From Piromyces finnis finn (taxonomy: Eukaryota; Fungi; Neocallimastigomycota): DNA of 64,000 bases. The notes beneath the pieces are model-generated. The model made no database searches. It saw only the letters and a program-made list of their open reading frames with translations, and had not been told where the DNA came from. The translations under genes and the position numbers were made by a program. Positions 23,101 to 36,374 of this stretch are shown here, one piece after another; the stretch's first letter is position 1; every line of letters starts with the position of its first letter. The stretch lies in the NCBI GenBank assembly GCA_002104945.1, contig MCFH01000048.1, positions 124,001 through 188,000 of the forward strand, given 5' to 3'.

Positions 23101-24160
23101 GAATTATTAATTTTAATATTAGTAATAATCTTTACAAATAATTAAATTTGTATAATATTCTAAACTATTTATACTATTTGTAAAAATTATATTTAATAAT
23201 AAAATAGCTTTTCAATACATGATTATATTTATAATTCATAATACTAATACTTAAACTTAAGCTTTATTCGTAATTATTAAAAATAACTTTTATGTTATTA
23301 ATAATATTAATTATTATATAATTCATTGAATATAATTATTATAGTTATAAATCTTTTAATTCAAAGATTATAATTTATCTTATTGAAATAATTGTTATAA
23401 AATAAAGTTATTATCTTCCGGAGGATTATTTTAATTTAATTTAATTTAATTAATTGAAAGAGATAATTTAATTTTACAGAATGATTTATAATTAATAAAT
23501 GCATTATTCTCTGAATTCTCATTAATCATTTGTACGTAAATATCTTTAAATCTTAATATCTCGTAAACCACAAGAGATATTATACCTGTATTAACATATG
23601 TTGTAGTTCTCGAGCGTGGCTTTCTAACGAACATAGCTTTATCGGAAAATACATTCATTCAAAAAACGCCATTCGTTGTTGGTTACAATTATTTTTCGTT
23701 ATTAAATTATGATCTTAAGGGTTAAAGGTGCTTATAATATTTTCTGAAAGGGTTAAGGTCATGTTGCTTGAATTTTTAATATTCTTAATAATATTCAATA
23801 TTGTTGTGAACATTTATGGACACATAATTTTATTTATTTATATCATATATTTATTACACACGTGACTATTTTATAAAAACATAAACATGTATTAAAAGTG
23901 TTGTAAACGTAATGTCTACGTGTTGTAGAGAAAGTTATTTTTTATTTATTTTATTTTATTTTCTATGGTCACATGACCTTACATCTCATTATATAACTGT
24001 AATATTTACAATGTAACTTTTTCTCTTTGTTAACCTTATTAATAAAATTATTTATTAATTAAATTTATTTCACAGATTAAGAGTCTCAAACTCTAATCAA
24101 TAATAAAATTTCTTAAGAAAAATTTAAAGCAAAAATTTTTGTGTGTTTAAAAATTTTAGT

Positions 24161-27100
24161 ATGTCCCAGCAATTAATTTTAGCCAATAATCAACGTCTTC
24201 ATGGAAAATCCAACTTTGACACTTGGAGTCTTTTAATCAAGTCAGCTGCTTCTAGACAGGGTCTAACTAGCTATCTTGATTATGACATTGTTGGAACCAT
24301 CAAAGACGACAGCTTTAAGATAGACTTTAATCTTAAAGATGTTTACACTATGGCTATTGTAAAAATTATTGCTAACTACCGTACTAATAACTTACTCGCG
24401 TCCGTTTACAAAACCTTCACTAAAGCTATGGGGGAGGACGCAAACCCAAGCAGCAACATTAATAACATTAATGTTGTAGCCGCCAATAAATTGGCAAACT
24501 CGCCAATTTATAAGGCCGAGATAGTATCAGCAGCTGAAAGTCTTAATGCTGATGCACACCTTATGATCATTCAAAATGTGGATGAGAAGATCCTCAGAGA
24601 GATTGGTCATAATACTAGCTGTTACCAAGTATTCAAGAAGTTGAATACAAAATACGGTAACGCTAATGCAGACATCGAATACTGGCTAAAAAAGTTAAGA
24701 AAATTACATACTGAAGATGTAAGCAAAGTCAGTAAAACCATTGATAATGTCAGGGAAATCTTCCTTGAGATGTCTGAACAAAGAATGTCCTTAAGTGAAA
24801 GGGAAAAACTAAAATATATGTACAATTCCCTTCCAAGAAGTGTCAAGAACCAAGTAAGTGTAACCTTAGATGAAACTTATGATCAGCTCTATGAGAAGGT
24901 CAAAAGTTACATCAACGCCAAATCCTACTTCGAAGATTGGACCAACAACGACCAAGATGAAGATGACGAAGTTGATGATCCAATGGATGTTGATTTTGTT
25001 AGTAGAGAAAACAAATCAACAAAGAATAAAAGCTACGGTAATAGAAGAAATATAAACAGAAGCCACCGTACCTACTGCCATATCTGCTGTGAACATGGAC
25101 ACTCTACCGAAATGTGTGAATACAACCAAAAGGCCAAAATGGAAAGGGACCAAAGAAAAAACAACAACAGGGCCTTTAACCAAAGTAAACAAAAGAGAAA
25201 TTCACAACAAGGGAGGCAAGTTCACAAGAAAAAACAACAAAAGAAATTCGAACAAGAAGTAGATTTCGTCGAAGACTATGACGATAATGAAAATTATGGA
25301 ATTAACGTAGAATTCGAAGATATCAGACCTCTGACAGAAAGAAATATCTACCTAATTGAAAAGGATGAAGTTACAGAGGAAGACACTCCTAACACAAAGG
25401 ATATAGATTATGTGTATGGAGAAAATAAATACGACGAATGGTTCTATGATACTGGTGCCGCCGAACATATCGTTAATAATAAGGACATTCTAGAGAACTT
25501 CACAGAAGAGCACATTCAACTTAGATGTGCAAATGGAACTACCTGTGAATTTAGTGGTTATGGTTCATATGAGTTTAAGGTAAAAGACAAAACTTACAAG
25601 TTAGAAAAAGTTTTGTACTCAGACAAAGTTAGCAAGAATTTAATTAGTGGTGTAGGACTTGCTAAAGTTGGTTTAAGAAGCATTATAGATATTACTGATG
25701 ATGGAAAAGTCAGGCTTATTTTCAAGGACTCTGAAAATAAAAATATAATGCAAACGTATTCAAATGAATTAAATCAATTTAAAATTAAGCTCATAAACAT
25801 TAATAAAAAGATAAATGAACCATTTATTGCAAACTTTGAAGATGATTTAGGTATATGGCATAAGAGATTAGGTCATTTCTACCAGAAGGATCTGAAGAAA
25901 TACCTAAAACAACATAAAATTAAAGTAACTCCTTGCCTAGACTGTAAAATATCTAAAATGAAGAAGTCTCCACATAACAAAACCGTACCCAAAGCCGGAA
26001 GAGTTCTAGAGACTATTCACTCCGATATTTCAGGCCCGTTTAATTCATCCGTCAATAATAAGAAGTATTTTATGACTATGCTGGATGAATACTCAAGAAA
26101 ACTCTGGATTTATACTCTCAAGTCAAGGTCTGAGGCACCGGACATTATTATTGAATTCCTAAAGAATGCCAATAATACTTTTGACAAATATAAAGTCAAA
26201 ACATTCAAGACAGATGGTGCAAAAGAGTATAATAGTAGTAAAGTTATAAAATATTGTAAGGAAAACGGTATATCTAAGATAAATTCACCTCCTTACATAC
26301 ATGAATTAAATGGTAAAGCAGAAAGAATAAACCAAACTATTCAAAATTCTGCTAAAACGCTTTTATATTGGGCTAAATTATCTGAAGACTTTTGGAGTTT
26401 TGCTGTTAAATATTCTTGTTATATTTACAACAAAATACCACACCAAGGAAACGATAACTTAATTCCTGATGAAGTGTTTACGAACGAGGAAGCCGATCTA
26501 AAATACCTAAAGGTATTTGGATGCATATGCTACTTTAAGGACTATTCTCTTAAAAAGTCAAAATTTGCGCCTAACTCGAAGGAAGGAATATTTCTTGGGT
26601 TCAGTGAAGCACATCACTCATATATCGTCATGGAGATATGTGGTGATAAACTTAAAATCCACTATTCTAGGGAAATAGAATGCTGTGAAGATAAGCCGGC
26701 ACATTATAATTATAAAAATAAAAATATAAACGATCCGTATTTCTCTTTCAATGATTCATATAATATCAATAATTACGACAGAAAGGACCCCTCAGAATCA
26801 TCAAAGAACAACAACAATACGGATACAAATTCAATCATAAATAAAGAAAATAATAACACAGAAAGGACTACTTCCAAGAAAATGGTGAATATCCACTCCA
26901 ATAATAATGAAGAAGAAGTAGAAGAAGAAATGGTTGAAGAAGGTAATAACAACAATATGGACGAGGACCCAGCTTATGAAAATACCAAATATAAAGACGA
27001 AGAGATAACTACCAAAGAAAAAGAAGAAACTAATATAAGGACTAATATTAATTCCAAAATTGAAGAAAATTCAAAAAACAATTTAAACAGTAATTTAAAA

Positions 27101-29106
27101 AACGACACTCAAACCAATAACAAAAATAATAATTCAAATTCGAAATTTAATAAAAATAAATTTACAAATGACATTTTAAAAGTTTTAGAAGAAATTGCAA
27201 ATGACAATTGCAATTTCGAAAAGAAAAATTACAAAATTTCTAATAATATTGACGAAAATAATAAATACCAATATCCTGTAACTCCTGGTCCTGATTACGT
27301 TTGTTATGGTAATACTCTTGCCGACAAAAACAAAAATGAAATCATTAAAAATCCTGAATATTATAAAAATTCTCCTACTGAATATTCTACCACCGAAAAT
27401 ATTTCCTATACCAAAAATACTGGTGAAAATACTACTGAATATCCTAATACTGATCATAGTGAAAAAAAAATTTTTATTAATAAAAATTTTTCAAAAATTC
27501 AAAATAAAAATGATGACATTCTATTGGATGATAAACCAAATAATCCACGTCATAATTCTAGCAAAAATTCTAACGTTACACAAGATAATTCTATCTACTC
27601 TGATAATATGGATATTAATCATAATAAAAATTTAAATTCAAAAATTTCTGATTCTCCTGATATGACACGTGATTCCCATTATTATATCTCAGATGACAAT
27701 AAATCTATGGATGATCCTGATCCAAACTTGGAAGATGAAAATGATATCATGGATGATATCATGGCCGATAAATCTGATGATTCCTACCATCCTGAAAGAA
27801 AAAGGCCTTGCAGTCCTACCCCTCTGAATAATTCCAGTACTCCTAAGAAGCACAAAAACAAATTTATAGCTACCGTTTTTACTGATGCTCCCACTACGTA
27901 CAAAGAAGCTATGTCTTGTACGAATTCTAAATATTGGAAAGCAGCCATTCAAGATGAATTAAATAATTTATATTCTAACAAAATTATGTCCCTGGTTAAA
28001 AATATCCCAAAAAACAAGAATATTATATCTACCAAATGGGTTTTTGCTGTTAAAAGGGACAGCAATAATAATATAGTACGTTTTAAAGCTAGACTTGTCG
28101 CTAGAGGTTTCCGTCAAAAACAAGGTATTGATTTTGACTTAACCTATTCCCCTACATTAAATATTGACAGTCTAAAATTTATTATTGCTATTGCTGCAAA
28201 ATTTAAGTGGGATATATATCAGCTTGATATAAAAGCTGCCTACCTCAATGCTCCATTGGATACAGACATTTATACCACAATTCCGCTTGGAGATAGCAAC
28301 TTTGGGGGAGGATACTGGAAGCTGAATAAAGCTCTCTATGGTTTAAAACAATCAGGAAGACAATGGAATAAAACAATAGATAAATTCCTGAAAAATAATA
28401 ACTTTAAACCATTAAAATCCGAACCATGTATTTATACGTTAAAAGAAAATAAATACGTAAAATGTATAATTGGTCTATATGTAGACGACATGGTTATAAT
28501 TGGAAAAACAAATACAATAGAGAGAGTAATAAGCAAAATTAAAAGTAGATTTAAAATATCAAATAGCGGCCCTATTAGTTACATTCTAGGAATAAAGATT
28601 GAAAAGAAAGGATCCAAATACATTATTTCCCAAGAGAATTACATTAATAATGTATTACAAAGATTTCATATGGAAAACGTACGTAGAAGAAATACGCCAT
28701 GTACAACAACCGACAAGAACACCTCAAATAATAACCAATTCGATAAAACAAAATATAAAAGTGCAATAGGTGCATTAATATATCTGTCAAAATGTACAAG
28801 ACCGGATATAGCGTTTGCAGTAAACAAAGCTGCAAGAAAATCTGAAAATCCAACAGTATCTGACTGGAATACAATTGTAAATATTTTCAGATACATATCT
28901 ACTACCAAACATTACAAAATCGAATACAGTGGAGAAGGAAAAATACAAGGATACACTGATTCGGACTACGGAGGCGCAGAAGACTTTAAATCTACCTCTG
29001 GAGGGATAATCCTAATGGGAAATAGCCCAATATGCTGGTTATCCAAGAAACAAACTTGTGTGGCAACATCTACCGCTGAGGCTGAGTACATTAGTACGTC
29101 CATAAA
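24161..29106 (+). pseudogene. gag-pol: Copia Gag-PR-IN-RT-RNase H(N) polyprotein, interrupted in RNase H by A2
   Basis: ATG at 24161. CHICCEHGHSTEMC, YDTGAAEH, WHKRLGH, DISGPF, KARLVARGF, YVDD, SKKQ..VATSTAEAEY; Copia order with IN before RT. Confidence 0.95.
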
Positions 29107-30114
29107 TGTAAAGATATCAAACGCCTCTGTTTGATATCTTTAATGTAACTTAAGCCACAAGTATTATTGTTTAAGTTACACAAATTATATTCAGAAAAAG
29201 AAAATGAGACATAATTTATTTATTAATAATTAAAGTTTAAAACAAAATAAATTATTAATTTATTTTTAATGTTTAACAAGTAAATTAATATTCTCAATTT
29301 AAATCCCTAGTTTTAGTATTGTTTTTTTATAGAAATAGATAAATAATAAATGATTAATATATCAATAATACATGGGCACATATTCAAATTAAATGGTACT
29401 TAATTTGAATTGCCAATTGTATTTTACTAAAAATAGTTATAGTTTAAATATTTATTAATAATTAAGATTTTAGTGTAGATTTTAAATAATAATATATAAG
29501 AAATAAATAGTTATAATATAATATAAATGTATTTAGGAAAAATATAAATAGAAGATATTTTTCATCATTTTATCGATGTAATTGTTATTATTAAAATTCT
29601 ATTATAATAAAAGATATTTTTAATAAAACAATTTTTTATTTTTATTTTAAATTTAGTGTTATTGTAATAGAATAGATATCCTAATCTATTCTTTCTGTGT
29701 CGACTTTACAATAACAATTACCCAACGAAGATAGAGAATACGTTAGGGTATCTACCGCCGGGTACAAAAAGCAAGAAAGAACTTTAATTACTGGTTAGAA
29801 TTGGAAACTACCGCCGAATAAAAAGAAAGAAGAAATTTTGACTACTGGTTAGAATTAGAAACTACCACCGAGTGCAAGAAGAAAGAAGAATTAACCAATA
29901 TTAATTAGTAATACAAAACTTGTTCGACACTGCTTTGCAGAACGCGTTTGAATAACTTTTGTATTAGGATAAATTGTAGTAGTGTAATTAAAAAAAAAAA
30001 AAATTTAAGATTACTTACTTGAAATAGTAGTAAGAAACCATTTTAATTTTATATTATATATTATATTTTGAATTGGAGGATTTAATTAGTGAGTTTGAAA
30101 ATTTAAATTTAGAA

Positions 30115-32340
30115 ATGGGTGATAGGAATGTGGGTGTTTCCGGGAACTCGGGGAACATTATTAATGCTCCACCGACATTTTCTGGTAAACAAAGAGAATT
30201 GGATGGATTTTTAACTAGAGTGGAGTTGGTATTTCGTACTCGACCGATACTGTATAATACAGATCGAGTCAAGGTCGACTTCGTTATATCATACTTTTCT
30301 GGTAAACCTTTGGAATGGGCTTCAGTGTTGATGAAGAATAATAGTGGGGTTTTAAACCATTATGATGAATTTGTAGATAGGTTGAAGGCTAATTTTGGCA
30401 GTTATAGATACGATACCGTTGTAGCTAACGGTAAATTAGATAATCTTCGCCAAAGGAAACTTGGTCAGGTATTAGATTACATTACCGAGTTTCAACGTAT
30501 TAGCCAAAATTCAAGCTTTAATGATAGCGCAAAAATCTACATGTTTCTGAAAGGTTTATTACCACCACTTAGGGAGAAGTTGGCTTTCATTGAATCAAAC
30601 CCAACTTCAATTGAACAATTGATTTCTTCAACTATTTTAGTTGAAGATATGATGAAAAGGAATTCGCTTAGTGAATTTTATTTTAATAGTAGAAGGGCTG
30701 ATGATCCTATGGATGTGGATGTATTTAGAATTAGTAGAGAAAACAAGCGTAGAAGGTATGTGAATATCCAAGGATCAAGTAAAAATTACAATGAAAACAT
30801 AGATAACTTTGAAGAAGAAAAGAAAAAAGGGTTATGTTTTCTTTGTAAACAACCGGGACATTTAAAATTTAATTGTCCTAATAGAGTAAAGCCCAGAAAA
30901 GTGTTAAGAATTGTTAAAGAAAGGACTCCAAAAATTGTTAATCCAAAAATTTACAAAGTTGGAGTCAAGGGAGTGAAAAGTGATTTAAACCTTGTGGATT
31001 TTTACTTGAGTACCAATGAAGTTTCGGAAGTTAAAATTAAGGTTTTAATTGATTCCGGTTCTGAATTAAATTTCATTAATCCAAGTCTTGCTGAAGACCT
31101 TGGTATTAATTTGGAAAAAGTAGAACCATTCTGTGTATCTGGTGTTAGTGATGGAGTTGTTAGTGTTTGGGAAAGGACTGAGAAGTGCATGCTCCGTTGC
31201 AAAAATCACTTCGAAGTAATTCAACTTTATGGATTACAAGTCCCCGGTGTTGATGTTATTCTTGGTTTGCCGTGGATAAAGAAGCATAATCCAAATGCTT
31301 TCTACGACTCTAAGAAAATCGCTTTTAGTTCTGGTTATTGTGCCAGACATTGTAATAAAGGCAAAAGAAAGAGAAAACCAAGAAAGAAGTCAAAGAATGA
31401 TCAGTTAGATCATGATGTTCTCGACCGAAGCTTGACCAAAAAGCCGAAAGTAGATCCCTCTGTCCCAAACAATGAAGAAAAAGAATATGTTAAAGGCCGC
31501 CTTGTTAGAACCATCAATGATGAAGATGATAGCGATGATGAATATATTAGTTTTAATAAAAAAGTTAAATGTATTGTAACAAAAATTAATGAAACATGTA
31601 ATAATGATAACGAATCATGTAGTAATAATAATAATAATGGAAAAGATATTAATAAAGATAAATTGGTCGCCGTACCAACCCAATATTTAGAATTTAGTGA
31701 AGTGTTTAATGAAAAAAATTGTGAAGTGTTACCTCCTCATAGACCTTATGATTGTGAAATCAAACTTAAAGATGATTCGACTTTATTTTATGGACCTTTG
31801 TATCCATTAACTGAAGTTGAAAGAGAGGAACTTAAAAAATATATTGATGATAATTTAAATAAAGGTTTTATTAGGAAATCATCGTCTCCTGCTGGTGCCC
31901 CAATTTTATTTGTTAAAAAGAAGGATGGCTCCCTAAGACTTTGTATCGATTATAGAAAGTTGAATGATATTACCATTCGTAATTCATATCCTTTACCTTT
32001 AATTAGTGACCTTTTGGATAGGGTGAAAAATGCTAAGATTTTTACTAAATTAGACCTTAAATCCGCTTATAATCTTGTTCGTATTAAAGAAGGTGACGAA
32101 TACAAAACGGCTTTTCGTACTAGATATGGACATTTTGAATATCTGATTATGCCTTTTGGATTAAAGAATGCACCTGCAACTTTTCAACACTTCATTAACG
32201 ATGTCCTTAGTGACTATTTAGACGATTTTGTTATCTCATATATTGACGATATTCTTATTTATTCTAATAATATCGAAGAACATCATGAGCATGTTAAAAA
32301 GGTACTTAAGAAACTACTTGAAAATAATCTTTATGTTAAA
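30115..32340 (+). pseudogene. gag-pol: A2 gag-PR-RT(N)
   Basis: ATG at 30115, CCHC, DSGS, YIDD. Ends ..LYVK at the insertion. Confidence 0.93.
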
Positions 32341-33101
32341 TGTAAAGATATAATATATATCTTTAGATTATTTAATAATTAATTATTAATTATTAAATAA
32401 TAAATTAATATTTAGTAAAACTGATTATAAAATTTTTGAGTAGATTTTATGGAATAATTTAATAATAAATTATTTTATAATAATTCCGTTAAATTTAAAT
32501 TAAGATAAATATTTAAGTTTAAGGAATAAAAGAATTTTAATTAAATTTAAATATTTTTTAAATACTTTTTATTTAATTTTAGAATAGATTATACTTTTTT
32601 ATTTAAATTTAGAATAGTTTAATAATTTTAACTTAGTTTTAAAAATAGATTTATTTATATTTCAATAGGAAATATATTAAGAATAGTATTGATAATATTA
32701 AATTAATTTATAGAAAATACATGGGCTTTATTCAATTTTGAGTTTACTCAAATTGAATTAAAAGTATAATGAATTAGTTTAGTTTAGTTCTGTTATTTTA
32801 TTATTTAATTAAATTAGTTTTGTTTATTTTATATTAAATATATGTTTATTTAAATAGAATAATATATTAGAATATAATTATGAAAAAATATAAATACATG
32901 TAATTTTTATTTGTTAAATCGATGTAATTGTTATTTTCAATTTTTTAATTATTAACTATTATATAGTTAATAATCTTTTTAAGAGTTTTAAATAAAATGA
33001 TTTTTAAAATAAAAATTTAATGTTTTATTTTTTTATTTTTGTGTTAATAAAAATTGTTTTGTTTTAAGTATGAAATCTGTTTTAAATTTTATACTTTTAC
33101 A
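32341..33101 (+). repeat. Solo LTR N (761 bp, distantly A-related) inside A2 RT
   Basis: TGTAAAGATAT..TTTTACA with TSD TTAAA (32336-32340, 33102-33106). Removing it restores YVK|LEKCEF in frame. Confidence 0.93.
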
Positions 33102-33106
33102 TTAAA

Positions 33107-35431
33107 TTAGAAAAATGTGAGTTTGATGTTGAGAAAACCACTTTTCTTGGTTATGTCATTTCAAAGGATGGATTGCAAATGGATGAAAATAAAGTTAAAG
33201 CAATTCTCGATTGGCCGGTTCCCAAGAATGTTAAAGAGGTTCAGTCTTTTATTGGTTTATGCAACTATTACAGAATTTTTATTAAAGACTTTGCTAAAAT
33301 TGCAAACCCTCTTCACAAACTCACTAGAAAAAATGTTGCTTTTAACTGGGTGAAAGAAGATCAGGACGCTTTTATTTTATTAAAATCTCTGTTCACGTCA
33401 GCTCCTATTCTGAAACATGCGGATAGTAATAAACAATTTATTGTAGAAACTGATGCTAGTAATTATGCTGTCGGTGCTATTCTCTCTCAAGAATTTGATG
33501 GCAAATTACATCCTATTGCATTTCTTTCTAAAAGTTTGACGAGTTGTCAAAGAAACTATCCTATATATGACAAGGAACTTTTAGCTATTGTAGTTGCTCT
33601 TGAAGAATGGCGTCATTATTTAGAAGGTGCATGCCATCCGTTCATAATTTATACTGATCACAAGAATTTAACATTTCCTAGAAAACCTGAAATGTTATCT
33701 CAGAGACAAATTAGATGGAATTTGTTCTTATCCAGATTTGATTTTAAACTCATTTATAGAGCTGGAAAGAAATCCGGTAAGCCTGATATCCTGTCTCGTA
33801 GAAGTGACCATGTAGAGAATAATATTAATTCTGATGTTTCTTGTCTTACTATTTCGTTTCATCATAGCGATAACAAACCGTTAATTGATTCTATTTTATT
33901 AGAACTTAAAAATGACGATTTGTATAATTCTATTGTCCAATTTAAAATGAATGGTTCTGCATGTAATGCACCTATTAAAAATATTGATAAAGTTATTATT
34001 GATAACGAAGGATTTTTGTTATATAATAATCTTATTTATGTTCCTAAATCTCTTAGGACAAGAGTTTTGGAACTTCATCATGATTCTGTTGCTGCTGGTC
34101 ATTTCGGTATTAAGAAAACCACTGAACTGATTTCCAGAAACTTTTGGTGGCCAAGGTTTCATTCAGACGTTAAATCTTTTATCAAATCTTGCGTGACTTG
34201 TTGCAAATCCAAAGTCCCCAGACATAAGCCTTATGGATTGTTATCCCCTTTGGACACTCCCAGTAGGCCCTGGTCTGATATTTCTATTGATTTTATTGTT
34301 GATCTTCCTAAGTCCAGAGATATGACAACTCTCATGGTTGTTGTCGATAGATTTACTAAATTTGCTCACGCCATTCCTTTACGTTGTCTTCCTACTGCTT
34401 CGATTGCTTCTGATGCTTTTATTGCTAATGTCTTCCGTTTGCATGGTCTTCCTGATTCCATCATTTCTGATAGAGGCTCGCAATTTACTTCTGACTTTTG
34501 GTCAAGACTTTGTGACCTTCTTAATATCAATCATTCATTATCAACTGCCAACCATCCGCAGACAGATGGTCAAACGGAGAGGGTGAACGGCATATTAGAA
34601 CAATATTTCCGTTGTTTTATAAATAAAAAGCAGAATAACTGGGTTGATCTTATCCCATTTGCTGAATTTGCATATAATAATACTTTACAACAATCTATAA
34701 ATCAATCCCCATTCTTTGCTAATTATGGTTTTCATCCAAAGTTCAGCTTAGAAATTCCAGCTAATGATAGACCTAGTAGAGCTGAACAAAGAGTAATTGA
34801 TATGAATGAAAACTTTAAATTATTAAAAGAAAACTTAGAAAAAGCAAAAGAAACATATAAGAAATATGCCGATATGAAGAGAATGATTCCCCCGGAGTTC
34901 GAAGTGGGAAAGAAGGTATGGTTATTGAAAGATTCTCCTGGAACTAACCTAAAGAGAAAATTAGCACCTCAAATGCTTGGCCCATTTGAGATAATTGAAA
35001 AAGTTAGTTCTCTTGCTTTCAAATTGAAACTTCCAAAGACAATGAGATGTCATCCAGTCTTTCATGTTTCATTGTTAGAACCATACTTTGAAAACAAGTT
35101 TAACGACAGGTCTAATCGTAGGAAGAGGAACATTCACCTTAACACAGATTTAATTGAAAAAATTCCAGAGAAAATTGAAAAGATGAAATCTGTTAATGGT
35201 GAAACATTTTATAAGTTATCATGGAAAGGATTTGACAAATCCACTTGGATTTCTGAAGATCAGATTCCAGATAAACAATTAATACAAGAGTTTGAAAGAA
35301 ACTCTAAAAAGTCAAAATATAAGTCGAACGACTCCTCCATGAAAATTAGAAAGAATAAAGTTGGTAATCTAATCAAGCACAGATACCAACCATTTGTAAT
35401 TGAAATTCCTTCGAGAAAAGATTCCTTATAA
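33107..35431 (+). pseudogene. pol: A2 RT(C)-RNase H-IN-degenerate chromodomain
   Basis: LEKCEF, VETDAS, HHCC, ISIDF, GPF and YKLSWKGF..TWISE tail. Confidence 0.93.
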
Positions 35432-36076
35432 ATTAATCTCGCAGGAGCTCGACTTAGAGAGAGAGATTGTAAAGATATCAAACGCCTCTGTTTGATATCT
35501 TTAATGTAACTTAAGCCACAAGTATTATTGTTTAAGTTACACAAATTATATTCAGAAAAAGAAAATGAGACATAATTTATTTATTAATAATTAAAGTTTA
35601 AAACAAAATAAATTATTAATTTATTTTTAATGTTTAACAAGTAAATTAATATTCTCAATTTAAATCCCTAGTTTTAGTATTGTTTTTTTATAGAAATAGA
35701 TAAATAATAAATGATTAATATATCAATAATACATGGGCACATATTCAAATTAAATGGTACTTAATTTGAATTGCCAATTGTATTTTACTAAAAATAGTTA
35801 TAGTTTAAATATTTATTAATAATTAAGATTTTAGTGTAGATTTTAAATAATAATATATAAGAAATAAATAGTTATAATATAATATAAATGTATTTAGGAA
35901 AAATATAAATAGAAGATATTTTTCATCATTTTATCGATGTAATTGTTATTATTAAAATTCTATTATAATAAAAGATATTTTTAATAAAACAATTTTTTAT
36001 TTTTATTTTAAATTTAGTGTTATTGTAATAGAATAGATATCCTAATCTATTCTTTCTGTGTCGACTTTACAATAAA

Positions 36077-36374
36077 TACGAAGAAAATCTTATGGATCAA
36101 AAACATGGTGGACGAAATTTTTAATTACAACAAAAATATAACTTTATTCACCGACAACAAAGCAAGCAAGAAAATAATAGAAAACGGTGAAATAAACACA
36201 AAGTTAAAACACATAAATATACACTACCACTTCATTATTGACAACATAGAAAAGAACAATATAAAAATCGAATATGTAAATACTAAAGAAATGTTAGCTG
36301 ACCCTCTAACTAAAGATCTACCTGGTCCAAGAATGTTTGATTATACAAATAAGATATTCTTAAAGAAAATCTAA
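36077..36374 (+). pseudogene. pol: C-terminal RNase H part of the Copia polyprotein
   Basis: TDNKAS..KHINIHYHFI..MLADPLTK, continuous with STSIN across the ATAAA TSD. Confidence 0.92.

Larger units (their letters stand above)
29107..36071 (+). mobile_element. Ty3/Gypsy family A copy A2, full-length, RT interrupted by solo LTR N
   Basis: 604-bp LTRs at 29107-29710 and 35468-36071, no difference seen by eye. TSD ATAAA at 29102-29106 and 36072-36076. PPT AGAGAGAGAG at 35457-35466. Confidence 0.97.

Noticed and set aside
30073-30114. Non-AUG (TTG/GTG) initiation of A and Copia polyproteins
   Set aside because: In-frame ATGs exist a few codons later (30115, 8651, 24161), before the first conserved gag motif.
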